Below are positions 31,146 to 41,848 of a stretch of DNA of 64,000 nucleotides, in pieces. The notes under the pieces were generated by a model. The model made no database searches, was not told the DNA's origin, and was given only the letters and a program-made list of their open reading frames with translations. Positions within the stretch are counted from its first letter, which is position 1, and each line of letters begins with the position of its first letter. A program made the translations under genes and the position numbers. This stretch comes from Nitrospirales bacterium (GTDB lineage Bacteria > Nitrospirota > Nitrospiria > Nitrospirales > UBA8639): contig JAJDBQ010000171.1 of assembly GCA_029261255.1 (NCBI GenBank), forward strand, positions 1,705 to 65,704, given 5' to 3'.

Positions 31146-31772
31146 ATGAAACCTCTGTCCACCCTTCACTCTCACGTATTCGTCGTGTTACTCGCCTGAG
31201 CCGACGTGTTGGGCCTGACCACCACCAGCCAGGCCATTCCCATTGACCAAACCATCACCCAAAATAACGACCAACTCCCTAGCGACCCTATCCTTGATCA
31301 AGCCTTTTCCTTCAGGGAACTCAATACTAACCCCACCAGTGCCGCGTCCATTACCTTTTCGGTGCAGGGAGATTTTGATGGGGACAACGACAATATCTCA
31401 CTTTCGGTAGACGAACTTAGTTTCGGTACCTGGTTAAACCGCAATCTTGTGGACGACGCGATGACTCGACCTGCTAATGATCGGGGCAACCAATATCTTT
31501 CAATTCTTATGGAGACGGCTGTGATTCACTTAGTGACTTTCAGCGGATTAGTCCCTGACGGAAACTTGGATTTTCTCTTTTATTATTTTAGCTTGATCGA
31601 GAACGCTCCCAACCGCTTTGGAGATTTTGACCCTGCACAAGTTCGGGTCCAATACGAGGCAAGCAGCCCCGCCGTCCCTGAACCAGGAGCGACCTTCCTC
31701 TTAGGCTCTGGCTTAGTCAGCCTCGCCACCTGGCGCTACCCCAACAACACAGTGAAACTGTTTGAATCATAA
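31146..31772 (+). pseudogene. PEP-CTERM surface protein with an in-frame TGA in its signal peptide (probable pseudogene)
   Basis: ATG 31146 after AAGGA gives MKPLSTLHSHVFVVLLA*ADVLGLTTTSQAIP, in frame with ORF 31206; C-terminal VPEPGATFLLGSGLVSLATWR. Confidence 0.7.
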
Positions 31773-31796
31773 TCATTAGGCCTTTGTGCCAAATAT

Positions 31797-31833
31797 GAAA
31801 AAGCCGGCCTCCTGCAAGGAGGCCGGCTTTTTC
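31797..31833. terminator. Bidirectional intrinsic terminator
   Basis: GAAAAAGCCGGCCTCCT-GCA-AGGAGGCCGGCTTTTTC between convergent genes. Confidence 0.85.
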
Positions 31834-31877
31834 GATAATCCCCTGATAGAAATGATCAGCTTAGAGCCTAAACCAAC

Positions 31878-32285
31878 TTATCGAATACCCCGCCGGGTTT
31901 CATAAGAGAGATCATAACTACCCACTCCATGATTGGAGGCCAAGACGGAACCATGAAGGTTAACCCGGTATAGGCCGCTTTCCTGAATAGGGAAATTTAT
32001 GGTCCCATTTCCACTTTCGGAAATTTTTCTATAGTAAGGTGTGTCGTTTGGGGGCATACTGCCTAGTTTGTACAAATGGACGATGAGCGAGCCTTTCTGG
32101 ATAGCTGTTTCATATTCAGCAAAAAAATTTTGGCCCTTGGTGAAATAAAATGTCTTGAGCCCAAAGGAATAGCCCGACTTCGTACTAGTAAGTCCGTTGC
32201 CTCCAAGACCGCGAGATTCATAGCCAAGAACTTCCACTATCCCAGTAGAAAATCCCACGGCTATCCCGACGACCAAAACCAACAA
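31878..32285 (-). CDS. Hypothetical membrane-anchored protein (5' end possibly eroded)
   Basis: Hydrophobic N-terminus then a beta-rich domain; no ATG start, in-frame stop shortly upstream. Confidence 0.45.
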   Translation of the reverse strand: MLVLVVGIAVGFSTGIVEVLGYESRGLGGNGLTSTKSGYSFGLKTFYFTKGQNFFAEYETAIQKGSLIVHLYKLGSMPPNDTPYYRKISESGNGTINFPIQESGLYRVNLHGSVLASNHGVGSYDLSYETRRGIR

Positions 32286-32516
32286 AGCCCCAATCCCCCA
32301 ACAACGACTTTTTCTGAAATTTCCGCTCGTCCGCCTGAAACAACTACGTTACCCGTAGTACCCTCTTTGCCAATCTGTAGTTGGGACTTCTCGCTAATCC
32401 GGCAGGATGGCTCTTTATAAGAGCTTATCAGGCTAGTTCTTGATTCCCGTAACAATTGCAGTTGAGGCCCATCGCCTAGCAATTTCTGTCAAACAATTCG
32501 CCATGTCTCGAATGAG

Positions 32517-33215
32517 TTAGGGTGAAAAGAATGAGAATCCCAGAGTAAACAACCAGGCATTCAACCCAATATTCCGTCCACCGAGGCCCGCATTTGAAAT
32601 ATGGTGAAACCTAAAGCCAGCCGTGATCGCCCAGTTTTCTGAGACGAAATACGAAACACCAGGGCCGGTCTGCAAGATGAAATTAAACTGCGTGCTTTGC
32701 TCCGGAATTCGTGGCGCCAAGTCTGTCCACAATACCCCCGCACCCCCATCCCAAAACGGCATCCAGCGACCAAACGAGAGAAGATTATATTTGAGCACTA
32801 ATGATCCGCCAAAGGCCGAAGCACTAAATGGCTGAGAGTAATGGGCAGCCATGGGTTCGATGAGCAATTCCACATTGCCTGCCGCCAAACCACTGCCCAG
32901 TTCATCAGTCAACACCTTGCCGATTCGGGGCAAAACATAAATAGCGCGACGGTTTGTCGAAGGTGCGTTCTTGAACAGATCATTCCCATTCCAATAACCA
33001 CCCAATACACCATATTCCACGGTGCCTTTGAGTACCCGCGTACGAGAATCAAAATCATCAGCCGTGGCAACTCCGCACAGCAAGATGAAACACATCACAC
33101 CCGTCACGCACATTACCTGATATATCTGTTTGGTCATTATGGCTGCATCGCTGTCTTTACAAGGCTGGGGTGATCGATTGATTGAACAGAACTTGGGGTG
33201 CGGAAACATCCCCAT
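32517..33215 (-). CDS. Acyloxyacyl hydrolase / lipid A 3-O-deacylase (PagL-like) outer-membrane protein
   Basis: STQFNF, RFHHISNAGL..RNIGLN motif, C-terminal aromatic residues; start probably about 33139. Confidence 0.85.
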   Translation of the reverse strand: MGMFPHPKFCSINRSPQPCKDSDAAIMTKQIYQVMCVTGVMCFILLCGVATADDFDSRTRVLKGTVEYGVLGGYWNGNDLFKNAPSTNRRAIYVLPRIGKVLTDELGSGLAAGNVELLIEPMAAHYSQPFSASAFGGSLVLKYNLLSFGRWMPFWDGGAGVLWTDLAPRIPEQSTQFNFILQTGPGVSYFVSENWAITAGFRFHHISNAGLGGRNIGLNAWLFTLGFSFFSP

Positions 33216-33551
33216 CGATCTAAAAAATGTGTCTTAACGAAAGAGAAATACTCATTCAGCCTTCACCACTCTTCCTGAACATCAAATAAAATAGCAGGCG
33301 AACATATTCAGAAAAAACGAGGTATTTTCTTATTTCGTCATGATGATTCGACGTTTTCTGCAGTTGAATTTGTCGAAGAACAGATCCACCTCTCAATCAC
33401 ATGTCCGCAACAATAATTTTTAAACGGGTTGGATCCAAAGTATGCCTGTTTACGCAATAACATGCAGCAACCTTGCTAAAAAAGCAGAAACCCATCAATG
33501 ATCTTTTATCTCATGTTGTATATAATAGAGAACACTCTATATAGGTGATTC

Positions 33552-33824
33552 ATGAAAACGACACTCCCCACCCCAGCTCCTACCACGCCAGTCAAACAAG
33601 ACCCTTTCAAACGACTGTCCTTAGCCGTGAAGAAATTAGACCAACTCATTAATCGCACTCACCAATTAGGTACGTTTACGAATCAACTGCTTCGCGAGGA
33701 CACAACGGGACCCAGTCAGCCATATTCAGAGACCAAGCTGACTCAAGCACTGTCTCCTCGATCCTCAACGACGGTGAGTGCAACTGAAGAATTGCGGAAT
33801 AATATTAAGCCCGAAGAAAAATAA
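33552..33824 (+). CDS. Hypothetical protein
   Basis: AGGTGA SD before ATG, 90 aa with a helical middle. Confidence 0.45.
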   Translation: MKTTLPTPAPTTPVKQDPFKRLSLAVKKLDQLINRTHQLGTFTNQLLREDTTGPSQPYSETKLTQALSPRSSTTVSATEELRNNIKPEEK

Positions 33825-33831
33825 AGAAAAG

Positions 33832-33909
33832 TGGGGTGAGTGACGGGTTTCGAACCCGCGACCTCCGGCTCCACAAACCAGCGCTCTAACCAACTGAGCT
33901 ACACCCACC
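33832..33909 (-). tRNA. tRNA-His(GTG)
   Basis: Reverse complement GGTGGGTGTAGCTCAGTTGG...TTGTGGA...GGTTCGAAACCCGTCACTCACCCCA, with G-1 and CCA. Confidence 0.96.
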
Positions 33910-34141
33910 ACTAAGCCATGTGATCAACTTGAAGGGAACGAATCTTATCAGAGGGATAGAAGGCCCGCAAGCCTCAAGAAAAGAAATGAAATTCGTAAAC
34001 TCCAGCCGCTTTTTTTAACTGGATCCCAAGCGCCAAATGAGTTAATCCCATCATCTTCACACAGATTTTGGGGAACGCTTTCAGTTGACCGAATTTGAAA
34101 ATCTGTGGTACATAGTAGTCTTATTCTTTTTGGAGGACCTT

Positions 34142-34405
34142 ATGGCCAATCGTCATCACTCTGCAATAAAAGCCGCTCGGCAATCTTTGACCCGGCAAGA
34201 ACGCAACAGATCTATCTTACGCCGAGTTAAGACCTTCATGAAAAGGGTGCATAGCTCCATTCAGGAAAATAATGGCGATGCGGCAAAGACTTCTTTGCAA
34301 GAAGCCACTTCTGAACTCCACAAAGCTGTGACCAAAGGCACTCTTCATCGGAACACCGCTTCACGATGGATTTCGCGTCTCGCAGCCCGCGTTAACGCCG
34401 TGTAA
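34142..34405 (+). CDS. rpsT: 30S ribosomal protein S20
   Basis: MANRHHSAIKAARQS...KGTLHRNTASR; GGAGG SD before ATG 34142. Confidence 0.95.
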   Translation: MANRHHSAIKAARQSLTRQERNRSILRRVKTFMKRVHSSIQENNGDAAKTSLQEATSELHKAVTKGTLHRNTASRWISRLAARVNAV

Positions 34406-34465
34406 TCATTTCTTTGGTCTCGACGGCCTCAAGTCTCGTATATCTCATTTGAACTAGCGGATTAT

Positions 34466-35524
34466 TTATCGGACAGCTTGCCCTTGCTTTCCCGCACATA
34501 GTTGGATCACCAGGTCATCTAATATCAATTTTGGCTGCGTCGCACGACCCCCTTTGAGGGCAGAATCGGCATCCGCAAATACCGTCCATGCTTGACGGAG
34601 ATGCGACTCTTCCCACCCTTGCACTTGTTGCATAAACTCACGGGCGCGAAATGGCGGGATGCCAGCCTGTCGAGCGGCTTGGCTTTGATCCTTTCCTTCT
34701 CGCAACATCGCTCTCGCTTTCCAAATACGCCGCATTTGCCACAAAAACGCGCCTAGCATCCTCAAGGGTGCTTCACCTGTTTCCAAATTTTTCGCCACAA
34801 TATCCAAAGCGCGCGCGTGATCTCCTCTGGCAACCGCTTCAGACCAATCAAATACTGAAATTCCAGGCAATTTCCCTCTAACCAGTTCGACGTCCTCTAC
34901 CTTCACACGTTGCCCGTTCGACAAATAGACTGACAATTTTTCCAATTCACGCATGACCACATATAAGCCTTCATTAGCCTGATCACTCAATATCTCCAGA
35001 GCCTGCGCTTCTAACTGTAACCCCATATCACGTGCTTGCTGAGTCACCCACCCAGCGCGCTGATTTTCGAACAATGGCGCACAATCCACAACCACAGCTT
35101 GTTTTTTTAAGGTTTGCACCCATTTTGTACGCCCATCTAATTTTGGTGCAGCAAAAACCAGCGTGGTCGATTCATTTGGACTCTTGAAATAGGGAATGAG
35201 TAACTCCCCATCGCGTGCTGACAGTTTGTCTGCCCATTTCACAAACAGCCGACGCCGAGACGTAAAAAATGAGACTTCCTCGGCCAACCCGATAATTTCA
35301 GACGCACTTGTTTCATCGCCATACACCACATCAGCTTGAAACATGCTCGATGACTCATCTGGCGTGGACCCAGCGGCTACATCATGAGGCTCTTCATTCT
35401 GAGCCGCCAGCCTGAATATTTCGAATGCTTGATCCCGGAAAAACGGTTCCTCTCCAATAATCAAATAGAGTGGTCCCAGCGCCTGTGACTTTATCTGCCG
35501 TTGAAAGTCTTGAACATTCATCAA
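34466..35524 (-). CDS. holA: DNA polymerase III delta subunit
   Basis: YLIIGEEPF, ELEKL, AD.ALKG; conserved leuS-lptE-holA-rpsT synteny. Confidence 0.92.
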   Translation of the reverse strand: MMNVQDFQRQIKSQALGPLYLIIGEEPFFRDQAFEIFRLAAQNEEPHDVAAGSTPDESSSMFQADVVYGDETSASEIIGLAEEVSFFTSRRRLFVKWADKLSARDGELLIPYFKSPNESTTLVFAAPKLDGRTKWVQTLKKQAVVVDCAPLFENQRAGWVTQQARDMGLQLEAQALEILSDQANEGLYVVMRELEKLSVYLSNGQRVKVEDVELVRGKLPGISVFDWSEAVARGDHARALDIVAKNLETGEAPLRMLGAFLWQMRRIWKARAMLREGKDQSQAARQAGIPPFRAREFMQQVQGWEESHLRQAWTVFADADSALKGGRATQPKLILDDLVIQLCAGKQGQAVR

Positions 35525-35563
35525 TCACTCGACCTCCAAGCGCGAGCATCTATAAAAAAATTG

Positions 35564-36298
35564 TTACGGCACTAAGTCATTAGGAACGGCAGGCTGAAAC
35601 CCATTCGCTCGACCAGAAGAAGATCCATCAGCTTCTGAAGCGGAAGCCGGCAATAACGTTTTCGTTTCAACATCGAATTTTCCTTGATCACGTGCCGACA
35701 AAAACTGATCAGCAAGATCTTCTGCCACGCCCTGCCCGGCTTGCTCTAACGCGCGATCTTGTAGGACTCGGTTGAATTGAAGCCCACTAGCTGCGCCACT
35801 TGAACTTGCGGAAGCACCCACAAAAAATTCGGCAGAATTGGTAGTCGTTTGCGCCCACCGAGTCTTCCCTGTTTTCCGATGCTTGACACTCACCGCGACA
35901 TTCACGCTGACCCGACTCTCCTGCGTTTGTGATTGGGAAAAAGCCACTGAAGGGAGTACCACTGAGACAATAGCGCCATCTAAAATAAAATCTGCCGAGA
36001 GATCATCTTCAACAATTTTGGCACTCCCCGCCGATTGCAACGCTTGCCGGAGATACCTTGTATATTTGAATTCCAAGTTCGGTTCAAACGTATTGTTTCT
36101 CAATGTATGCACGGCTATTCTCACAGTCGGCCCTTCTACACCACGCCCAACCCCTATTGACGGGCCTGGGCCCTCCACAGTGAATTGATACCCGCAAGCA
36201 GCGACACCTAAGCTCATCATCAGAACAAGAGCAAACCATGCTGCCCGGCTTCGCATGAAGCAAGAAGATCCGAACATTTCCGTGTGGCTAAATGACAA
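35564..36298 (-). CDS. lptE: LPS assembly lipoprotein LptE
   Basis: Lipobox VAACGY, position between leuS and holA. Confidence 0.8.
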   Translation of the reverse strand: MSFSHTEMFGSSCFMRSRAAWFALVLMMSLGVAACGYQFTVEGPGPSIGVGRGVEGPTVRIAVHTLRNNTFEPNLEFKYTRYLRQALQSAGSAKIVEDDLSADFILDGAIVSVVLPSVAFSQSQTQESRVSVNVAVSVKHRKTGKTRWAQTTTNSAEFFVGASASSSGAASGLQFNRVLQDRALEQAGQGVAEDLADQFLSARDQGKFDVETKTLLPASASEADGSSSGRANGFQPAVPNDLVP

Positions 36299-38918
36299 AA
36301 TTCACCAATTTTTGTTCGACGTAAATTACTTTGCGAGCCGTCTTGTCTTGCAACCATTCCTGCAGTTTGTCATCGCCCTGCGCTATGGCAATAATCTGAT
36401 CCTTCGTTGTGCCCGCCTGCACGGTTATTCTACTTCGTAGCTTTCCATTCACCTGAATCGGAATCGTCCATTCGTTACTCACCACTAAGTCGGGATTAAA
36501 GACTGGCCATGGTTGTCGTGCAATACTTGCGGCGTGACCGGTCATTTCCCACAATTCTTCAGCAATATGCGGAGCAAAAGGCCCCAGAAGTAGCAGCAAG
36601 CATTCTATAGCCGATCGCCACCCAGCACGTTCATCCGCAGACAACCCTTCCAAGGGAGCGTCTTTCATCAATTTATACAGCTGATTCACAAACTCCATCA
36701 GAGCCGCAATCGCCGTATTGAATTGAAAGTCTCGGTCGAGATCGTGAGTGACTTTTTGAATGGTTTGATGAGTGGCTCGATGCACATCTACTAAAAGCGT
36801 TGTAGCCGCTGATCCAGAGGTGCTCTGCACTTCTTCAAACACAAAGCGTTGTTCCTGCACGAGACGCCACACGCGATTAAGAAACCGGCTACAGCCCTCT
36901 ACACCGGTATCGCTCCATTCCAAATCTTTCTCCGGCGGAGCCGCAAACAGTGAAAAAAGACGTGCAGTGTCGGCGCCATATCGATCACACAACTCTTCTG
37001 GCGAGGCGATATTCTTTTTGGACTTTGACATTTTTTCTGTCCGCCCAGTCACGATCACCTTTTCGCATTGAGTGCATAGACGTTCTCCATCTACTTTTTT
37101 CGTGTCTGAGGGAAGCACCCATCGATGTTCTTCGCACCAATAGGTTTCCTTGGTCACCATCCCCTGCGTGAGCAAATGCACAAAGGGCTCATCCACCGTC
37201 GTCAGGCCCAAATCGCGTAAGACTTTCGTGAAAAACCTCGCATAGAGCAAATGTAAAACGGCATGCTCTATACCACCAACATATTGATCCACCGCCATCC
37301 AATGTTTGACTGCGTCTGGATTCACCGGTTGCTGCGTGTCTTTCGGAGAACAATAGCGGAGAAAATACCAAGAGGAATCGACAAAGGTATCCATGGTATC
37401 TGATTCGCGACGAGCCGCTCCGCCACACGTCGGACACGTCACCTTCGCGAAGGAGGCCGAATCTTTAAGCGGAGATCCGCCTTTCCCCGTAAACGGTACA
37501 TCTTCGGGTAAGAGAACGGGTAGTTGATCTTCTGGAACAGAAACGATCCCGCATTCATCGCAATACAACATCGGAATCGGTGTTCCCCAATAGCGTTGTC
37601 GCGCCATTCCCCAATCCCGCAACCGAAAATTGACGGTGCGTTTTCCCCAGCCCTGCGTTTCAACATGCTCACCGATGGATTGCTTCCCATCAGAGACAGA
37701 TTGGCCGGAAAACGTACCAGAATTCACAAGGACACCAGCTTCGGCTTGCGCTTCATAGGCAGCCTCTAATGCATCAGGCACAAGCGTCCCTTCAGGGCTT
37801 TGAATAACCAGTCGAATCGGAATGGTGTATTGTTTGGCAAATTCAAAATCACGTTGATCATGAGCAGGAACGGCCATAATCGCTCCAGTGCCATATTCAT
37901 ACAGCACAAAATTCGCCACCCAAATGGGGATATGTTCTTGTGTGAATGGATTGATGGCATAAGCCCCTGTGAAGACCCCTTCCTTCTCTCGGTCCGCCGC
38001 CGTCCGAGTGGCTTTGTCCAATCGCGACACACGCTCAACAAACTGGCGCACAGCGTCTGCTTCCGGTCGTCCCGCAATTAACTGTTCAACCAGCGGAGAT
38101 TCAGGGGCCAAGCTCATAAATGTCGCCCCATGAATGGTATCCGGGCGTGTGGTAAAAATTCGGATAGCCGTTAAAGCCTCACGAACATCAACAACAGGAA
38201 AATCAATCTCCACTCCCTCGCTGCGACCAATCCAATGCCGCTGCATCGCCAAGACACGTGCCGGCCAACTGGTCAAGCGATCACAGCCATCTAACAGTTC
38301 TTGCGCATATTCCGTAATTCTGAAAAACCACTGCTCTAATTCTTTCTGAATGACGATCGATTCACATCGCCAGCACACGCCCCCGTCTTTTCCTTCTTGC
38401 GCCAACACTTGTTCATTGGCCAGCACGGTTTCGCAAGAAGGGCACCAATTGACCGCAGACCGCTTACGATAGGCCAATCCTCGCTCTACCATTTTGAGAA
38501 AGATCCACTGACTCCATCGATAATAGTCAGGTTGAGAGGTATTGACCTCACGATCCCAGTCATACGACAAGCCCATTCGTCGCAATTGCTGCTTCATGTA
38601 CGCAACATTTTCTTGCGTCCAGACATTGGGATGCACGCCCTTCTCGATAGCCGCATTTTCAGCTGGCAAACCAAACGCATCCCATCCCATGGGATGCAAG
38701 ACATGAAAACCGCGCATCGTTTTGTACCGGGCCACCACATCCCCAATAGCATACACCCGCACATGTCCCATATGAATCCGTCCTGACGGATAAGGAAACA
38801 TTTCCAAACAATAATACTTTGGCGTGGTCAACTCTTCCTTGACCTGGAAGAGGCCAGCCTGTTCCCAATGGGACTGCCATTTTGATTCTACGGCTTGATG
38901 ATCGTACGTCTGCGCCAT
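36288..38918 (-). CDS. leuS: Leucine--tRNA ligase
   Basis: MFPYPSG.IHMGH (HIGH), [18 protein letters not shown]. Confidence 0.98.
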   Translation of the reverse strand: MAQTYDHQAVESKWQSHWEQAGLFQVKEELTTPKYYCLEMFPYPSGRIHMGHVRVYAIGDVVARYKTMRGFHVLHPMGWDAFGLPAENAAIEKGVHPNVWTQENVAYMKQQLRRMGLSYDWDREVNTSQPDYYRWSQWIFLKMVERGLAYRKRSAVNWCPSCETVLANEQVLAQEGKDGGVCWRCESIVIQKELEQWFFRITEYAQELLDGCDRLTSWPARVLAMQRHWIGRSEGVEIDFPVVDVREALTAIRIFTTRPDTIHGATFMSLAPESPLVEQLIAGRPEADAVRQFVERVSRLDKATRTAADREKEGVFTGAYAINPFTQEHIPIWVANFVLYEYGTGAIMAVPAHDQRDFEFAKQYTIPIRLVIQSPEGTLVPDALEAAYEAQAEAGVLVNSGTFSGQSVSDGKQSIGEHVETQGWGKRTVNFRLRDWGMARQRYWGTPIPMLYCDECGIVSVPEDQLPVLLPEDVPFTGKGGSPLKDSASFAKVTCPTCGGAARRESDTMDTFVDSSWYFLRYCSPKDTQQPVNPDAVKHWMAVDQYVGGIEHAVLHLLYARFFTKVLRDLGLTTVDEPFVHLLTQGMVTKETYWCEEHRWVLPSDTKKVDGERLCTQCEKVIVTGRTEKMSKSKKNIASPEELCDRYGADTARLFSLFAAPPEKDLEWSDTGVEGCSRFLNRVWRLVQEQRFVFEEVQSTSGSAATTLLVDVHRATHQTIQKVTHDLDRDFQFNTAIAALMEFVNQLYKLMKDAPLEGLSADERAGWRSAIECLLLLLGPFAPHIAEELWEMTGHAASIARQPWPVFNPDLVVSNEWTIPIQVNGKLRSRITVQAGTTKDQIIAIAQGDDKLQEWLQDKTARKVIYVEQKLVNFVI

Positions 38919-39152
38919 GATGAAACCTTATGGTAATTGTGAAGGGAAAATTATCCTGTCGATTGACGTATGAGGGGAGAGAAAGAAAGAGGCCTTATCT
39001 GGGCCATTCCTTCCCTAAACACACGTGTAAGAATTTAGCATAGAGGGACCGACCCGACAAGCAACGGACAGGGAGGCACACGATCAAAAACACTGTAAAT
39101 ATAGACTACGTAAGAGAGCAGGAAAACTGTAGAAAAAACGGTGTGGCGAGGC

Positions 39153-39380
39153 TTAACGAGACTTGACGGCTACCGGTGCTGGAGGGCGGGCAGACGATCC
39201 AGAAATAGCCCCAACAATCTCTTGATGAACTTCCTGCTGCTGACGATGACTCTCAATGATCGGATCTATAATTTCACCACACATCAGACATCGCCATCCG
39301 GGCATCCAAATCTCCCCACTCGTGGCCATATCCACAAAGTGATCAACAATCATCGTTCCCTGACAGCGCGGACATTCCAT
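39153..39380 (-). CDS. Small zinc-ribbon protein (CPRC...CLMCG)
   Basis: MECPRCQG...WRCLMCGEIIDP; GGAG SD; from recollection, a family common in Nitrospira. Confidence 0.8.
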   Translation of the reverse strand: MECPRCQGTMIVDHFVDMATSGEIWMPGWRCLMCGEIIDPIIESHRQQQEVHQEIVGAISGSSARPPAPVAVKSR

Positions 39381-39415
39381 ACCAAATCATCTCCAGAAAA
39401 AAGGTTGTGATTAAT

Positions 39416-39442
39416 AAATCGGCTGTTCACAAAAAAAGCTTA
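39416..39442 (-). promoter_or_regulatory. Putative sigma28 promoter
   Basis: Minus strand TAAG-N15-GCCGATTT upstream of the zinc-ribbon gene. Confidence 0.55.
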
Positions 39443-39525
39443 AGGGGAACTTTGTCCAATAGGAGGAGAAAAAAACAAAGCCGCATACGCCTTCACCTCA
39501 TTATCTCGTTGTAACTCCTTACTTT

Positions 39526-41274
39526 TCACGCCTTACTTATGAAAGCTTGGCTACGGAGCTTGCGGTGGTAAGTGATAGCGAAGCGGTGGGCTTCGTCTCG
39601 GATGGTTTGCACAAGACGGGTGGCAGGAGATTTAAGTGGTAAAACAATTGGGGTTTTGTGGCCGGGAAGATAGATGCGTTCGTCTTTTTCCCCTTTCGCT
39701 TTCGCTAACCCGCAAACTTCGGTCTTCGACAAGCCGAGGTCCGCCATCGCCTCCATGGCCGCACCTAATTGACCAATACCGCCATCAATCACAATGAGGT
39801 CCGGCGTTGGTAATATCTTCTTAGCCTTAGTGGCCAAGCTGCCACCATATCGGCGTTTCACGACCTCATGCATACTCGCAAAATCATTGGCGCCTTCCAC
39901 GGTCTTGATTCGAAACCGACGATAGTCGCTTTTTTTCATGCGGCCATTCTGCCAGACCACCATCGACGCCACCGATTGTGCCCCCATGGTATTAGAGATA
40001 TCAAAGCATTCAATGCGATGAGGCAAGACAGCCAGACCCAACAATTCTAGCAATTCTTGGAGCGCTTCTCGTGATTCATCTTGCAAACGCAGGTGCTCAT
40101 TCAGCGCAGCGGTAGAATTTTCTTGCGCGAGTTGCTGCAATTGATGCTTGGCTCCTCGTTCAGGGACTAACAGACGCACAGCCTCGCCTTTTTTCTGCGA
40201 CAACCACTGTTGCATCAATTGTTGGTCTTCAATCTTAACGGGCAGCAAAACCTCCTTCGGCGGCAGAATGGCTTTATCGTAAAACTGCTCGAGTGTCGTC
40301 CGAACCAGCTCTTCATCTGAAACCCCACCCGCATCGGGCCAGAAAAAATCTCGCCGGCCAATCAATAGCCCGCCTCGCACAAACAAGAGCTGCACATCGA
40401 CTCCGGCTCCAGCCCTGGCGAGGCCCAGTACATCCTGATCGATTGGACCAATTTGTGCGACTCGTTGTTTCTCGAGCGTCCTCTCAATTTTGACAATACG
40501 ATCCCGCAGACGAGCCGCATCTTCAAACGCCTCCTGATCGGCCAAGACGTGCATGTCATCTCGAAGTGACGTCAATAACTCCTGATCTCGCCCTTCTAAG
40601 AACCACCGCACTTGGGACACAATCCGATGATAGTCTTCTTTCGTTTGATTGCCAGTACAAGGTGCCATGCAGCGTTTAATTTCAAATTCCAGACAGGCTC
40701 GATCAGCTGTACCATTGATCTCAATAGAACAGGTAGCTAAAGGAAAAACTTTTCGTATCACTCTCAAGGTCTCACGCATGGCCCCGGTTGGGACGTATGG
40801 GCCAAAGTACAAGGCCTTGTCGTTTTTCACCCCTCGCACAATGGACAGCCGCGGAAAATCGTCATGAATTGGCAGTCGAAGATAGGGGTACTGCTTGTCG
40901 TCTCGCAGGACAATATTAAAACGCGGATGGTGCCGCTTAATGAGATTACTTTCTAGCAGTAAGGCTTCCAGCTCGGATTTCGTAATGATCGTTTCCAAAT
41001 CCACGGCATGTGCGACGAGTGCCCGTATCTTCGGACTTAAGTCGGCTCCTTTTTGAAAATAAGAACGAACGCGGTCGGCTAACACGGCCGCCTTACCAAT
41101 ATAGATAATGTCATCTGAAGTATCCTTAAACAGATACACACCTGGCTGCTTGGGAAGATTCTTAAGCTTCCCTGCCAGGTGTCCGCTCAGCGGTTCGCGG
41201 TCCGCTCCCTGGCGATTAGAAGATAGGGTAGTTGAATTTCTCATGGAAACGACTTTGTCGAGAAGATCACACAA
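39526..41274 (-). CDS. uvrC: Excinuclease ABC subunit C (lacks C-terminal HhH domains)
   Basis: PGVYLF..IIYIGKA GIY-YIG, RIECFDISN, PDLIVIDGG, RDEAHRFAI; start may be 41244. Confidence 0.95.
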   Translation of the reverse strand: MCDLLDKVVSMRNSTTLSSNRQGADREPLSGHLAGKLKNLPKQPGVYLFKDTSDDIIYIGKAAVLADRVRSYFQKGADLSPKIRALVAHAVDLETIITKSELEALLLESNLIKRHHPRFNIVLRDDKQYPYLRLPIHDDFPRLSIVRGVKNDKALYFGPYVPTGAMRETLRVIRKVFPLATCSIEINGTADRACLEFEIKRCMAPCTGNQTKEDYHRIVSQVRWFLEGRDQELLTSLRDDMHVLADQEAFEDAARLRDRIVKIERTLEKQRVAQIGPIDQDVLGLARAGAGVDVQLLFVRGGLLIGRRDFFWPDAGGVSDEELVRTTLEQFYDKAILPPKEVLLPVKIEDQQLMQQWLSQKKGEAVRLLVPERGAKHQLQQLAQENSTAALNEHLRLQDESREALQELLELLGLAVLPHRIECFDISNTMGAQSVASMVVWQNGRMKKSDYRRFRIKTVEGANDFASMHEVVKRRYGGSLATKAKKILPTPDLIVIDGGIGQLGAAMEAMADLGLSKTEVCGLAKAKGEKDERIYLPGHKTPIVLPLKSPATRLVQTIRDEAHRFAITYHRKLRSQAFISKA

Positions 41275-41665
41275 TCATGACGCCTGGGGCTCGTTGAATC
41301 AATTCGATTTCATACCCATCAGGGGCATCAATAAAAATAAACTGGCTCCCGGAAGAGGATTGCGTCGGACCATCTGTGATCGGCACCCCTTTGGCTTGTA
41401 ATTCTCGAATGATCTCATCCAAATCTTCCACTTCAAACGCTAAGTGCACGAGATCTTCCTGGACTGTCACCGGACCACTTGTCGGGAAGCTACAGAGCTC
41501 AATCAATTCTTCACTATTGGGCACCGAAAGGAAGGCCAGATGGGATCCCCGAGGTGAGACCTTTTGCTCCACCACTTCCAAGCCCAAGACTTCACGATAG
41601 AACCGTAAGGTTTGCTCCATATCACTGACACGCATTCGCGTATGTAAGAGTTTTTTTACCTGCAT
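41267..41665 (-). CDS. VOC/glyoxalase family protein (lactoylglutathione lyase-like)
   Basis: LLHTRMRVSD..FY..VLGL, HLAFEV, DPDGY-like DAPDGYEIELI. Confidence 0.88.
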   Translation of the reverse strand: MQVKKLLHTRMRVSDMEQTLRFYREVLGLEVVEQKVSPRGSHLAFLSVPNSEELIELCSFPTSGPVTVQEDLVHLAFEVEDLDEIIRELQAKGVPITDGPTQSSSGSQFIFIDAPDGYEIELIQRAPGVMIV

Positions 41666-41848
41666 TTCACTGTCTCCATTCTTTATGAACTGCCTTATTA
41701 AAGAAACAAATATACCACCATTTCCGAGAACCTTCGCATGCTCTCATCTTGGATTTTGTGGGACATCATTGCTATAGTCACACACATTCCGTACACTTGC
41801 CCCGTTTTTCAACTCTTCACCTGCCCCCCCCTATCTCATGGAGGAGAT

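Noticed and set aside
29973-33840. Possible island integrated at the tRNA-His 3' end (GTGGGGTG at 29973 versus 33831)
   Set aside because: Only an 8-bp match and no integrase; compatible with chance.
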